Below are positions 26,201-37,900 of a stretch of DNA of 64,000 nucleotides, in pieces; positions within the stretch are counted from its first letter, which is position 1; the number at the start of each line of letters is the position of its first letter. The position numbers and the translations under genes are program-made. The notes below the pieces were generated by a model. The model saw only the letters and a list, made by a program, of their open reading frames with translations, had not been told where the DNA came from and made no database searches. The stretch is from Laetmonice hystrix (lineage: Eukaryota): contig OZ249436.1 of the NCBI GenBank assembly GCA_965235115.1, forward strand, positions 59,582,001 through 59,646,000, written 5' to 3'.

Positions 26201-29200
26201 AGCATTGGGGTGGTCCGTAAATATGTAGAAAGCAAGTTCAAAAATGACAGTTAGGCCAACTCTCAGGGGATCACCCAAACATTCTTCTAGTTCAGTCATC
26301 ACAACAAACAAATTGTGCCAATCTGCTTTCCTCTGGTTCGATGAGTTGTGGTCCACTTGCAGGCTGTGACCTATTGTGTCTAGGTGCACATCTTTGTGAA
26401 GGTCCAAGTAATACCTGGTCCCACACCGTCTAACCATGTCGTCCCTCCCAAATCAAGCAGCGTGTGTTATAAGCCTGTAATCTGCTTGCTGTTTCGCCGC
26501 TTTCATTGGACATAATCCTGTAATAAGTGCTCAAGTTTATCGTGGCGGTGAGCGTGAGACGAGGCTGGAGGCCGTGGAAAAGTGACGGCTGCAAACGCAG
26601 TGCTTTGCCAACTTCTTTGCATCAGGGCAGCTACTGCACTGTGGTGTGTTTTACTTTGGCTTTGTGAGACAAAGCATTAAGGGAATTGTATCTTGTTTCT
26701 TCTAAAAGTGAAGGAATCTTTGCGATTGTCTCGGCTAACGCAGATAATGTAATGGTTGATAGCAGCATTTACCTCCACATACTTGCACCCCATTCAGTTT
26801 GACACCAGATGAATTAACACGCAAATTGAAAGCCATCACAAAGCAGATGTTTTTAATGGGGAAGGGAAGGGAAATATGCAGTGAAAAGCCTAATGTTTCT
26901 GTCAGGGAAGTCACAAAGTGTGAGAACTGAGGGGTTGTTGTTCGGTGTCGCAGCATGCTAAAACTGCAGGCTGTAGCTACGATGTGGATATTTGCTTTTG
27001 CAGGGGAAGCCCTTAGGGCACCACGACTTGGACCATTTTAATGAGGCTCCGGGCAAATTGACCTTAATAATGACCTTTGGTTTATAATAGGTCATTACTT
27101 CTTTGAAAAGAACACTCCATACTTGTGTAGTTGGCGATTTTTTCGCGGCTCTTTTTATATATTGCACACAACGATTGTAAAAGATATTAAGACGTAATAA
27201 AATGTATGACAGTGGAAGTATCAAAAGTAAAAGGAGAGAATAAGATTGATTTGTTGACCTACTGGTCAGGCAAGCTTGCCTGAATGTAAGAGCTTGGGGC
27301 AAATGCCCTGAAACAACAGAACTAATTGTTGGTTTCCCACTTTTGAGTGCCAGCAGACACCAAACGGTCAGTCAAGCACATCATTTTCAAATTTTGAATT
27401 CTGGTGGCGGTTGGTGTAATAGGAAGGTTACGCAAGTTGTCTTGTGGGCATGACCATGGCGATGAGTAAAGCATTGTCAGTTGCGGTATTCAACACGGGT
27501 TCGGCCTGAATGACCCCAATCAGGCCCAACAAAGAAGTGGATCTTGACCAGCAACAAGTCCCACTTCAGGGATGAGCGCTCTCCAGTTTAGAAAGGCCAC
27601 ACACTGCCGCCCCCAAAACAGCCCGCATCTCCCTCAGTCTTGACTCCATTGAAACCCTTGCCTGAATTCAGTCACAGGAATTTCAATACGCAAAAGTAGT
27701 TGGTGGTGCTGTCAGTTGGCCGAACACAAGGCGAAATAGTTTGGGATTCCGGCCTCATGCAACATCTCCGCATGGCTGAGGTCCCCATGGTGAATCGGGC
27801 AAATAATGAGGGTATCGAGGGGGCTGAGGGGCGGGAGAGGAACACCTGGGTTTGGACTCGGGGTACCTGGCCGTCTCCGTGCCCCATGGGGAGGTGAGAG
27901 CAAACAGATTGTGCCACAACTTCATCACATTGGGAGATTGGATACCGTGCGCCGTGCTGGATTGTAAAGTAAACGTAACGTGGGACTTGCAAAGGTCTGG
28001 GCCGTCCGCTATCCCCTGACTGCAGGTGTAGGATCGCCACAAAATAACCTGTCATTCCACTCACTAATCACCCTTCTTTCACCCTCCAGCCACCTTTTCA
28101 ATTAAACTAAGTAGTACTGGAATGGAGAAGGGGGCTGCACCGGAGAGCCGCGGGCAAACTTTGCCAGTGAGATGGCTGAACCGACAGCCGAGTTTGACGG
28201 CTGATGTTAGCGGCGGCGCGACGTGAGAGTGTACACGGACTCGGGGAGGTACTGGCACCACACCTGGTGGCAGCCACATGACATACCTGGCTACATTGAC
28301 ACAGCACTCTGTAATAAACGCACACTCATTCTTCAATATCCACAAACATGATGGATCCTGGCTAACACAGGTGATCACCGTTTGATGGTACCTGGCTTGA
28401 CCTTAATACATCGTTTCTGTATCAGGCAGACATCAATTACATCCTTTAGTGGCTCTGCTGTAATGGCCATCGGGCCTACACGGTGTAAATCTAATAGTAA
28501 TGCCCACGGTGCCTGCCAAGTCTGGTTCCAGACTGCCCTGATCTGACCCTCACACTCCACATCCAAACCGTCTACTGACCAGTGGTCATCTGCTGACCAC
28601 CCCTGGGCCAGCCTTGAGGGCAGTCTAGGCGGATGGCTTCGGACACCCGGTGCTCATTCCCTGCCTCACAACAGCCACAAATTCGGGAATAATGCCGCTA
28701 TTTCCTCCAAACCGAAGCAAGCCTTTCATCTGAAAATGAGATCAAAGAGAAATTACCAGTGAAGGGGCCTAGAGGAATGACACCAAGGATGCTCTCAGTC
28801 GGATGGAGGAGACCGTGGTTAGCCTTAACCCGGGGTCAACCATTCACCTCCCCAGGCCAGGGACTGAGGGACGGGAGAACCTAGGGAGGCTGTTATCATT
28901 CACCGAGCCCTATATACCCCAGGTGCATTGTGCTAGACCAAGTTACCTTATTTCACGGTCATTCAGATCTACAGAAAGCAAGCGGGCCCAGTGCGCTGGC
29001 CGTGGCCGGATTGAGGAGTTAAGTAGAGAAATTGACGATGAACAGGGTGGTCCTCATCAGTCGTCTTCAGCCCTGATCCCGTCTCCGGTCGACCACTAGG
29101 ATGACCCCAGCTACACCGGGGGCCCTAACGACCGAAAAAATCTGATTGCTCTCAGGGGTTTGACGCATATGATGAATTTTTACAAAGCTTTAGGCATGGC

Positions 29201-29548
29201 AGAAAAAAATATTTTATTCCCTATGTAGGTGCCAACCAGCACTGACAAGACGGAAAGACCTGAGCAGCAATATTGTATCACCACCAGACGTGTATGCGAG
29301 TAGAGACAAAACTAAGCGTGAGAGGAGTAGGAAGTACCTTTGTACCGTGGTCTGTTTACCCGAGTTCCAGGGGGAGAATGATTTTATAGCAGGCAAGCCA
29401 AGATGACATGCATGCCTGGTGCAAGTGCCTTGATTGCTAAGATTACTTCATGAGGCACCCCGTAAGACTAAGCACATATTTTCCCTCTTGATGGGCATGA
29501 TGTTGAGGGGGAGTGATTATGTAGGTTATTGCTCCACAGATGATGGAT

Positions 29549-29562
29549 GTCACCATGGAAAC
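29549..29562. promoter_or_regulatory. RFX X-box-like imperfect palindrome
   Basis: GTCACCATGGAAAC fits the consensus GTHNYYATRRNAAC at all positions. Confidence 0.25.
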
Positions 29563-30001
29563 TGCAGGGAAATGGTCAGAAAGCAAGTCCTGAATGGGCG
29601 AAATACCATAATTATGGACATATTGCAGGAACAATTAAAATTCCTAAATGGCCATGCCATATCATTGGCACGGCCCAGTACGTCTTTTTGATCCTCCGGC
29701 AGTGTGTCTCATTCAAAGCAAATTATTATGAGTTTGAAGTGTCTTTTAATTTAGTTAATTTGGGGCGTTGCTTCGGTGTGTGCAGTAATGAACCCCCATC
29801 AGCCACTGGAGTGTCTTATGGGATAATCTGCACTATTACCCATCGATACTTGGGTTATTAATTGACTCGGCGGACTTCATTAGGCCGGTGGATAGTGTCG
29901 AGGGTGGGGCAGGGGCTATTTATGCATACGACATGTGCCGCTGGAAGCGGGCGCTACTGTGATGGCCCGTCCCACGGCGGACACTCGACATGGGCCTCGG
30001 T

Positions 30002-30055
30002 CCTTTGATCTTTGTGCTGCTCATCGTGCCGCGGCCCCTGATCCGGCCTGCCGCC
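30002..30055 (+). promoter_or_regulatory. Candidate Wnt-response element in a GC-rich island about 1 kb upstream of the first TCF exon in the window
   Basis: CCTTTGATCTT (optimal TCF consensus) at 30002-30012, with Helper-like GCCGCG at 30028 and GCCGCC at 30050. Confidence 0.42.
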
Positions 30056-31039
30056 CATCCCCAATCTCAGATACTGCAGCCAGCGCCATTGTTTCCCCGC
30101 TCTCCTGTCGCAGGGGAGCCTGATCCACGTGATTTCTTGATCTTCACAAGGTATCTTGGAGGCTCATGGGCGCTGGATCATTTATAACCCAGTGTTTAGG
30201 GTCAGGCTACGGTGGGGGTAATGGGGAAAATGAAGAATGTTGTAGATGAGTTACCGTCTATGGGGTATATCTTGAACTAGCATCGTAAACAAGGGCGTGT
30301 TTCAGCTTTTTGTGTGTCTGGGTTGTGTATACTAATAATTAGAAATGCTTACCGCTCACCAACAGATCGCAGTTTCAAGGCTGCATCATAAGAATATATT
30401 TTATAGTGGAAGGTTCTCTTCTTGCTCATCTGTTCTGCTAATTATCTCTGAGATATGTAAAGGTGTCCCGAATTAACACGAGTTGACTTAAAACAAGCCT
30501 AGTTTAGATTAAGGCAGAGAAAGGTAGCCGGATGGAAAACCGAGCGGGAGGTATTAGTAGTGTGGCCTGATGAATATGTAAGTCGCTGTAATCCACTGTG
30601 TCGCAATCGGAACCTGGTGTACTTATAACGAGATTAAGACTGCATTGTGAAGCTGACTCGGGATGATTTACATAAGCATTTTATCATGTTTACCTCTGAA
30701 GTATTGCCAGAAGTCAGAGCTGCTCAGGGTAATCGGATTGCCATTCAGAAAATTTGTAGTATTTAGATAAGTGTAAAAAGGAAGTGTGAGGAAGGGAAAA
30801 TGTTGAAGTGTCATATTCCTTCCTTGTCAGATATGTTTTGTAATCCTTGAGAAGGTAAACTGAAAAGCTGCATACTAGCATAAAACAGTGTCTCCGTTAA
30901 AATATTCATGGGTTCTTTGTGAAAGATCAAATGAAGCCGAACAAGATCTTTTCCTTAGGAAATCAATCTTTGAATTTCCGTTATAAATTGATGTTCTGGC
31001 AGCATATTTGATAATTTTCTCTGTTTTGTGTTGTTACAG

Positions 31040-31175
31040 GGCAGCAAGGTACCCGGGGTACCGCCTCCACATCCAAGTTCATTACCGTCGATAATGATGT
31101 ACAACACAGAACACTTGGCACAACCGCCTCCTGCACATATGGGCATCCCACCAGTACACATAGACCCCAAAACGG
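31040..31175 (+). CDS. Tcf: Internal coding exon of a TCF/LEF family HMG-box transcription factor (context-dependent regulatory region), phase 0 to phase 1
   Basis: Translates as GSKVPGVPPPHPSSLPSIMMYNTEHLAQPPPAHMGIPPVHIDPKT(G). This resembles the TCF7L2/LEF1/pangolin segment NKVPVV...ITYSNEHF.PG.PP.H....DPKTG. The acceptor is strong (ttttctctgttttgtgttgttacag|G) and the donor is ACG G|gtaagt. The length of 136 nt is 45 codons + 1. Family recognition is from memory, with no database search. Confidence 0.92.
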
Positions 31176-31989
31176 GTAAGTCCACAACTCTTACTTCCTC
31201 ACGTTTTCAGACGCAGTATTGGATTATATTCCAAATAGAAGCGCGTTCAATTTGAGCACATTTGGCAGTTTGCTTTCACGTAAACAAGTATCCCCGTGTC
31301 TATGAATAGACGGGCTGAGTTTTCTTTTAGATATGATGATTTGGCACTTCACAAGTCGCCAGCATTGACTGCATTAAAACTACACAGAAATAGAACCAAG
31401 TGTGTCAAGTTGAGTGCAGTTTCCTTTGTGTAAAGTGTAAATCAAGACTATCATGAGTAGAGTTCACTGCGTTACTAATAGATTGATAGCATTGAGCATT
31501 CCGTAAAGGGATGGAATTCTGGTAAAGTCAGAGAAATGCAATGTTGTTTATGATGCCTGCTTCATCAAGATGGAGTGTCGCAATGAAGCTGTGAAATAAT
31601 AAAAACTACATTGTCAAGAATGGGGTCCCCTGCATGGAAGCATCTTGGAACTGTATTACAATCTCCAGTCCCAACTATTTATGAGAGCTGGCAGGGGTGC
31701 AATGGAAGAGAACTCAAGAATGTATCAAATCAAAATTGTGCTATCAAGTATCTGTTGTTCCCGCAGATTGACAGGATATAAATCATTCTCGCACTTGAGT
31801 CAGTCGCTAGGTTCGTGATGCCGCATGTCTCAGTGGCTCCCCCATTGGCCAGAAAGGGAGTCAACAGACGGCTTGCCACAGCCGCCTCAATCACTGCCGC
31901 TGCTGGCGCCGTTCCCTTGCCTTAGAAGGTAGCTCTTGCTTTTCAAGATGTTACACGCAGGCGATCTAGCCTTCGTCTCTTGCTCGGTT

Positions 31990-31999
31990 TGATTGACAG
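31990..31999 (+). promoter_or_regulatory. PBX-MEIS/PREP decamer motif
   Basis: Exact TGATTGACAG with an overlapping CAGCTG E-box. A 9/10 copy, AGATTGACAG, lies at 31765. Confidence 0.35.
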
Positions 32000-34900
32000 C
32001 TGCCACTGACGGTGGGTGTGGCTTGGACCGGCATCCAGAAATCTGCGTGTGGGTGGGTGGGTAGCACACAGCCAGGCTTTGAGCCTAATGCCGCTAATTG
32101 ACGCTAGGGGAAAGTGAAGCTGACATGTATCAGCTGATGACTTAATCCATGTCAGAAACTTAAAACATAACTCGTATTCGCACCAAGGGTTATTGGTTAA
32201 GTCCTTTCACCACAGGACTGGCCTGGTCAGTAGATCTGATAGACGCCTACCAACTAGTCGGTTTCAAAAGCTGTGGACCCCCACCCCTTCTCTTAATCCA
32301 TAAGTCACCAGGTGCGCCGGGGTCTGGTGAAAAAGTCTTTGATGCTTTAGAAAGGTATTGTTCTGTTTTAACATCGTCTGTTGTGTTTAAATGCGAGGTT
32401 GTGGAGGGTAGGGAGTTGGAGTCGACGAAAAGGAATGAAGTGACATTGCCCTGATTTCCTTAGCTAGGGTTGCAGTTTGAGCAGTACAGATCAGTAACCG
32501 ATCTGGAGTGAAAAGCGTGTGCTAATTGCCAGTGGTGGAAGGTCACCAACAGGGTCATCGGACATGGGCCTCGATGATTCAATTGTAGCCCCGTGTACCT
32601 GAACCCCTGTCATCAAGCCCAGCACCTCTGTCATGAAATGTACCCTGCCTGATTGGCAGGCAATTTTCTCAGCGGGCAGGAAGGCCAGGGTGTGAGTTTT
32701 AGCGTATAATTGTTGTCCTATTTAAGGGAATGGCTTTGATGGGAGTGGGGCTAAGGCCTGTGAAGAAGGCTGAACTTCCGCAGTCACCGGGTGCCACCGG
32801 AGTAGATGGCCACAAACAGGTCTCTGCGCTCCCTAGGTCAGCTCAACTCGCTGATTCCGAGGGCTGCAGGCAGGTTCTGTAAGAGATAAAGAAATTGACT
32901 TTCTTTAACATAACGTGGTTATCCAGGTGAAAAGTGTAGGTGAAAGATACATTTGTGTTGTAATAAGATGGGCACGTGAGCGTACCATAAAACAAAAGGT
33001 AGAACCCAAATAGGTAGCAGGACCTCCAAGATATATGAAAGGGCAGTAGGTCCAAGGTGCAGCAGTATTTAGAAACTCGTGCGTTGTGGACCTGAAGATT
33101 AGTGGACAAGTCCTGATCAGGCGGATGTGGCTTGTGAGCATATGTCAACAGAAGGATGTAGACATGTTTGAAGCCCACTTGACACTATGTCCAAACGTCA
33201 GGCCCAGACTTTACATTGTACACATGCAACTAAACAACCAGTGATTTCTCTGTCCCCGCAGTACGTCTGCTCGTATAAAGGGCCACCTGGAACCTTGTAT
33301 CATGACCAAAATTAGCGACACGCGACCCGTCTACTGTCACCAACAAGTAAAGGTGTAATCGGTACAGTATTACCGAAAAGAAAGTCTAGAGAAACTGAGG
33401 CAAAGTACTAACTTATTCCGGCTTAAGATTTCTAGAGACAGGTAATCCCTAAGAGGAAACTTTAATATTAAGCCGAGCTTTATCAAAACAATTTCATAAT
33501 AGCTTCTTCAGTCTGCAAGAAGTGCACTTTCTTTCTGCCCTGTTCGTTTAAAAGTTCTCTTGAAGGCATTCCAAACATTGCCGACCGGGACCAATGACCA
33601 GGTCAGTAGCTCCTATCTCTTCAAAGAATGTAGGAAGAAATACTATTGCATCGACAGTCTCCTGTAACAGGTATGTCATCGTGCTTCAAGTTGTCGCCCA
33701 CCTAGGCCCGAGTTGAGGACTCCGGAGTAGTTCTGACTGGGGTTGGATCATTGTGTAAGTGAGGAGAGATCCCCGCTGGGTAAGAGAACGAAGGGAGCAG
33801 GCAGAAGTAGGCGTCTAGACAGGAAGATGGGAGTGTGTGTTAGAGGAAGATCGAGGCTAATCTTCGCCGTCGTAAACACCATTACTGAGGCAAGTCGCCG
33901 CCTGAAACATACCCACCTATGTAGAGAGCACAAGTGAGACTAGTTTGCTGCATATACACAATGCATATGTGTGGCATTATGGCAACGGTGAGGCATCCAC
34001 GGAAGGAGGCGGCACGGGCGGGAGGGAAGGAGGAAGGGGTGGCCGCGAGCAACTTGAAAATGTGGGAATAGTTTGTAGTGGGACCTGCATGATATGTGGC
34101 CACCACGTGCTGGCTTGTTAGGGAATCACAGCCACGTGCTGCTCGGCCCCTTATATTTATCCCTATCATATCAGCCCCTACAGGCTTAAAATCAAACTTA
34201 CCTGCGAGGGGGGAAAACTAACCGCTTCCCCCCACCCATTATCACGCCTGATATTATACGGGGGAAACCCTCAACACGTGTTGCATGCGTCCAGTTGTGA
34301 AGGTAAAAGTTGGTAATGGGAAAACAGTGCAGGAACCCCAATTACTCAGATGCTGTCACTTTAAGCAATGTGCCGAAAATATTTGCGGAATGCCAGAGTG
34401 ATAGATTATAGTGGGTTGACGTGCATGTTAGCCACGACCACTGTTAATGTACGGTTTTTACCTCGGCGAGGACGAGGCTGGGCTCAGACATGTGTTTCCA
34501 TGCGACATCTGGCGGCGTGGCTCTCTGTAACAGGAGAGGTCAACAAAACCAAAGCTGGCCGTGAAGTTGTTAAAAAGGCCAGCCAGGCGCAAAAACCGCC
34601 GAAAATTTACCATTTCTCTCATCTGTCAAGGCTGTAATTGCAAAAGATGCACGGGGTGAGGGATCTTTCCCAAAAACTGGTACATCTGACGTGGTTGTAT
34701 GGTCAGCGTTGTCACGGCATGGAGGCGAAGGTCATTGGTTGGGTCTGATGCAAGCACACCTGCTGGGGGGAAGCACATCATGCAACCGGGTGTGCACATG
34801 CAAAGTGTGGCGGGCGCCGAGCTCCAGGTATCGGGTAGTGAGCCGTAAATATCAACTCGGCAAAGTTTCATTTTTAATCTTGTGTTTTGACTCAATATGC

Positions 34901-37900
34901 GCTGTTGACACTCGCAGATACCTCCCAGAGAAATGTAAATCCTTAGGGACAACTTAAGAAAAACGAAATCAACCATGATTTGGTGCAGTATTTATAGTGT
35001 TTCCACCAAAAGGTTCCCAGTTTCACCAAATTAGGACAAATGCATAAATGACTCTTGGTTATCTCGCTTGAGTCAGCAACACGTGAATACAGAAATTTCG
35101 TGCCACAGTCCGGGAGTAAGCCTCGTCGAACTTAAAATATGAAAGGCAAAGAGTTGTATTCTAATCATTTAGGCGCTTTTATTGACACAGATTTGAAGCA
35201 AAGCTACTGTTGCTACTGTTGTAGTACTTGCAGACATTTCAAAGTGGTAGCTAAACTCTTAATAAATACTGTTAGGCAAGGCAGGGATTCGAAAGCTACT
35301 GTTTATAAACATGGGAAGTCTTGATGAAATGTCCTTTGTTGGTGTTCTGTTTATAAAGAGATCCCGAGTCTGTTTGTAATGGCTAAATCATACAATAAAG
35401 CGCAGGGTTGAGTCTGACGGAATCATTGTTGTGCAAGTATTATAGTCTTTTATTGTTTTCGTTCGGCAGCACAGTGAAGCAGACCCATACAAGTTAAAAT
35501 GTTTTACATTAGAGGATCAGCATTTCACTCTAACAACGGAGATGACACTCAAGAGGGTAAAAACGCAAACAAAGCGATGCCGTATGATGCATTCACAACA
35601 GCCGCTTACCGTACATGGACACAAAAGTTTCCTACAAATGAAACAATAACTGCTGGGCGTCACGCAAAAGCCAACTCGAAAACTGGAAAGGATGTATGTC
35701 ATTAGAAGCCTGAAAGTAGATTGTTGCCGTCATTATCACTTGGTCTGTCAAGCACTTTAGTAAAAGTAAGCAACATTTGATGCCGTCTGCTTTAGTCAAA
35801 GCATTTTGAGTATTGATGTAATGGATGTATACAAGTATGTATTGTGAGAAAACAACTGGCATTGTTTCTGGCTGGCCTGATGGCATGGATCACATGCACT
35901 CCTGCCTTAAAAGGCCCTGCGTTTCATGTTGCCAGTGTCTGAGTGAGGCAGAAAAAGCGAACAGGGTCAGAGTCAAATGTTGCTCTGAATACCATCCGAA
36001 TGGTCCAAGTTGACAGCAGTGTGTGCTTTCACGGTCCAAACACAAACATCAACTTGCAAATTGTTTGCATTGCTGGTCATGAATGCCAACAGAGATGCAG
36101 ACTCGGGCAAGTGTCTTCTTGATCATGTTGACCGTGCCTGTTGTCGCATGGGTCACGGTGTCAATATTGGCAAGGGGACAGTTGGACGTCAGCCGCAACC
36201 CTCCAAACTCGCCCAGACACTAGAGAGTGGCTGACATCACGGGAGGTGTTAGGTATGGGATGAGACCTTCAAGTAGATGACAGTCATGTGTGAACCTGTT
36301 AGGATAGCGTAGAGCATACTGCTCACAGTTAGACTAGAAAAGCTCAGTATGATTGACGGTAAGAAACGGGCGGAGATGGTCGACCAGGACAGTGCATTGG
36401 GGAGTCCCAAACGGCATTCCCAAGAAATACCGAAACTACCTCCCTTTGATCACTCCGGGCCCGTTACTTATGGAGATTTTTTAAGTTACTTTGCCACGCC
36501 TGTCTACCCCTACCCCACCCATTCTTTCACAATACCGTAGAGTAAATGAGCTAAGGGTGGGTAGGATTTCCATGCATGTGTGGTATTGACTAAAGGACGT
36601 CAGGGTTGGTCCACCTGAAGGAGCCGGTAGTGGGTCTAAAGTGAAGCCTGCACACATCAGCTGGAGGGAGGCTTTGGATCTTGATGTCAACACAAATGCA
36701 ATCAGGTAGCGGCGAGGAGCGGCGGGCGCACGGGCCGCCTGCAAACACAGCCTCACTCTGTAGATTCACTTGTTAGGAAATTGAACGGACAATACCTGCG
36801 ATGTGTAGCTATTGCTGCCGCTGGATTAACCGGTCATTGGTTTCATCCAAAGATGTGTACTGATCACACTTGTGTGGAAATTGGATTTTCTGGCAAAGGG
36901 GCCCCAGCTGGTTTGGAGAGGAGAGGCCAGAACCAGCTAAGTAAGCACTGTTTCCAAGTTCTCGCTTTATATGTCCACGTTGTCTCAATTCTTTCTTCAC
37001 TTTTCAAAGTTAAATAAAGTACTGTCCCCTCTTTGAGAACCAAAGCGTGGAACTTCAGGTTACTAACTTAAATGGTTTAAAGGATCAGTTATTCAGATCC
37101 TACTGAAAACGTTTTACTGAATACCAGTAGAAGTCACACCATAATGGAACCTAATCCTTTGATTCAAGGCAATTCAAGCATTTCCAGCAGCAGCGATTTC
37201 AGTTGAGATGCAGATTGGGATATTTTGATCGTTTCATCTTTTTGAGCCGGACAAGTAATTATGATTGGACTGTCTGGTCCCATGCCCAGCCAGCAAAATG
37301 CCCACACCTTTGTAGTTCAAATTAGAAAATAAATGGCAAGCACCTGTCCTGAAGGTTGTCTCACATGCAGCTAAGCTTTCCTCAGCGCCACGACTCTCCG
37401 GCAGCAAAGCCAATTGAAAACGAGCTTCACTTTTTTTGGTGGCGCTTGTGCTCGTTAAGAGGTGTTAATGAGTTTGTCCCAGGTGGGTGTTTAATGCCCT
37501 TGGCAGCGTGGCCTAGGGCTGAGTAACAGAGATTAACATGACGGGGGTGGGCCAGGAACCTTCGAGGTGTTGGAAATATGAACTGGGTCACCCCCAACCC
37601 GGGTTTACCCATTAGGATTTTTTTTTTTTATGATTTATTTTTATTTGTTAATTTGCTCTTCCACTATGACCTTGAATGAAGCGACAAGCTGATCATACAA
37701 TGGGCTGGTAGTTGAGTCCTAATGATGCGGCCATGGAATCAACGGGGTGATTATCATCGTTTGTCTTCCATGCTGGAGCGGTGAACAAAGAAACTCACCT
37801 GAAACAGGTCAACTACTAATACAATCTTTTGTTGTGAATGAAAGGACTGTGGTGGGGTAGCTTCCATCAAAGAACCAACCTTCTTGCTAATCCAAAAGGG

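Larger units (their letters stand above)
1..31039 (+). other. Probable large upstream intron of the TCF gene (at least 31 kb unless an exon was missed)
   Basis: The exon at 31040 is internal, so upstream exons must exist. I saw no peptide resembling the TCF N-terminus (DLxxxDE beta-catenin-binding motif, PYPNG-type segment) in any frame here. This is inferred from absence. Confidence 0.6.

Noticed and set aside
17020-29979. Shared 13-mer CCGTCCCACGGCG at 17020 and 29967
   Set aside because: Dozens of repeated 13-mers are expected by chance in a window this size, and the flanks do not align further than a few bases.
31048-31062. Palindrome GGTACCC-G-GGGTACC inside the exon
   Set aside because: It is explained by the codons for V-P-G-V-P, with no independent evidence of function.
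31176-31210. Pyrimidine tract and CAG only 35 nt after the real donor
   Set aside because: This is too short for a normal spliceosomal intron and would shift the frame.
36349-36540. ORF with TPVYPYP, superficially like the TCF PYP segment
   Set aside because: It lies downstream of where that segment belongs, and it has no convincing splice sites or further similarity.
37501-37560. tRNA/SINE-like start GGCAGCGTGGCCTAG
   Set aside because: There is no B-box at the right distance, no cloverleaf and no second copy in the window.
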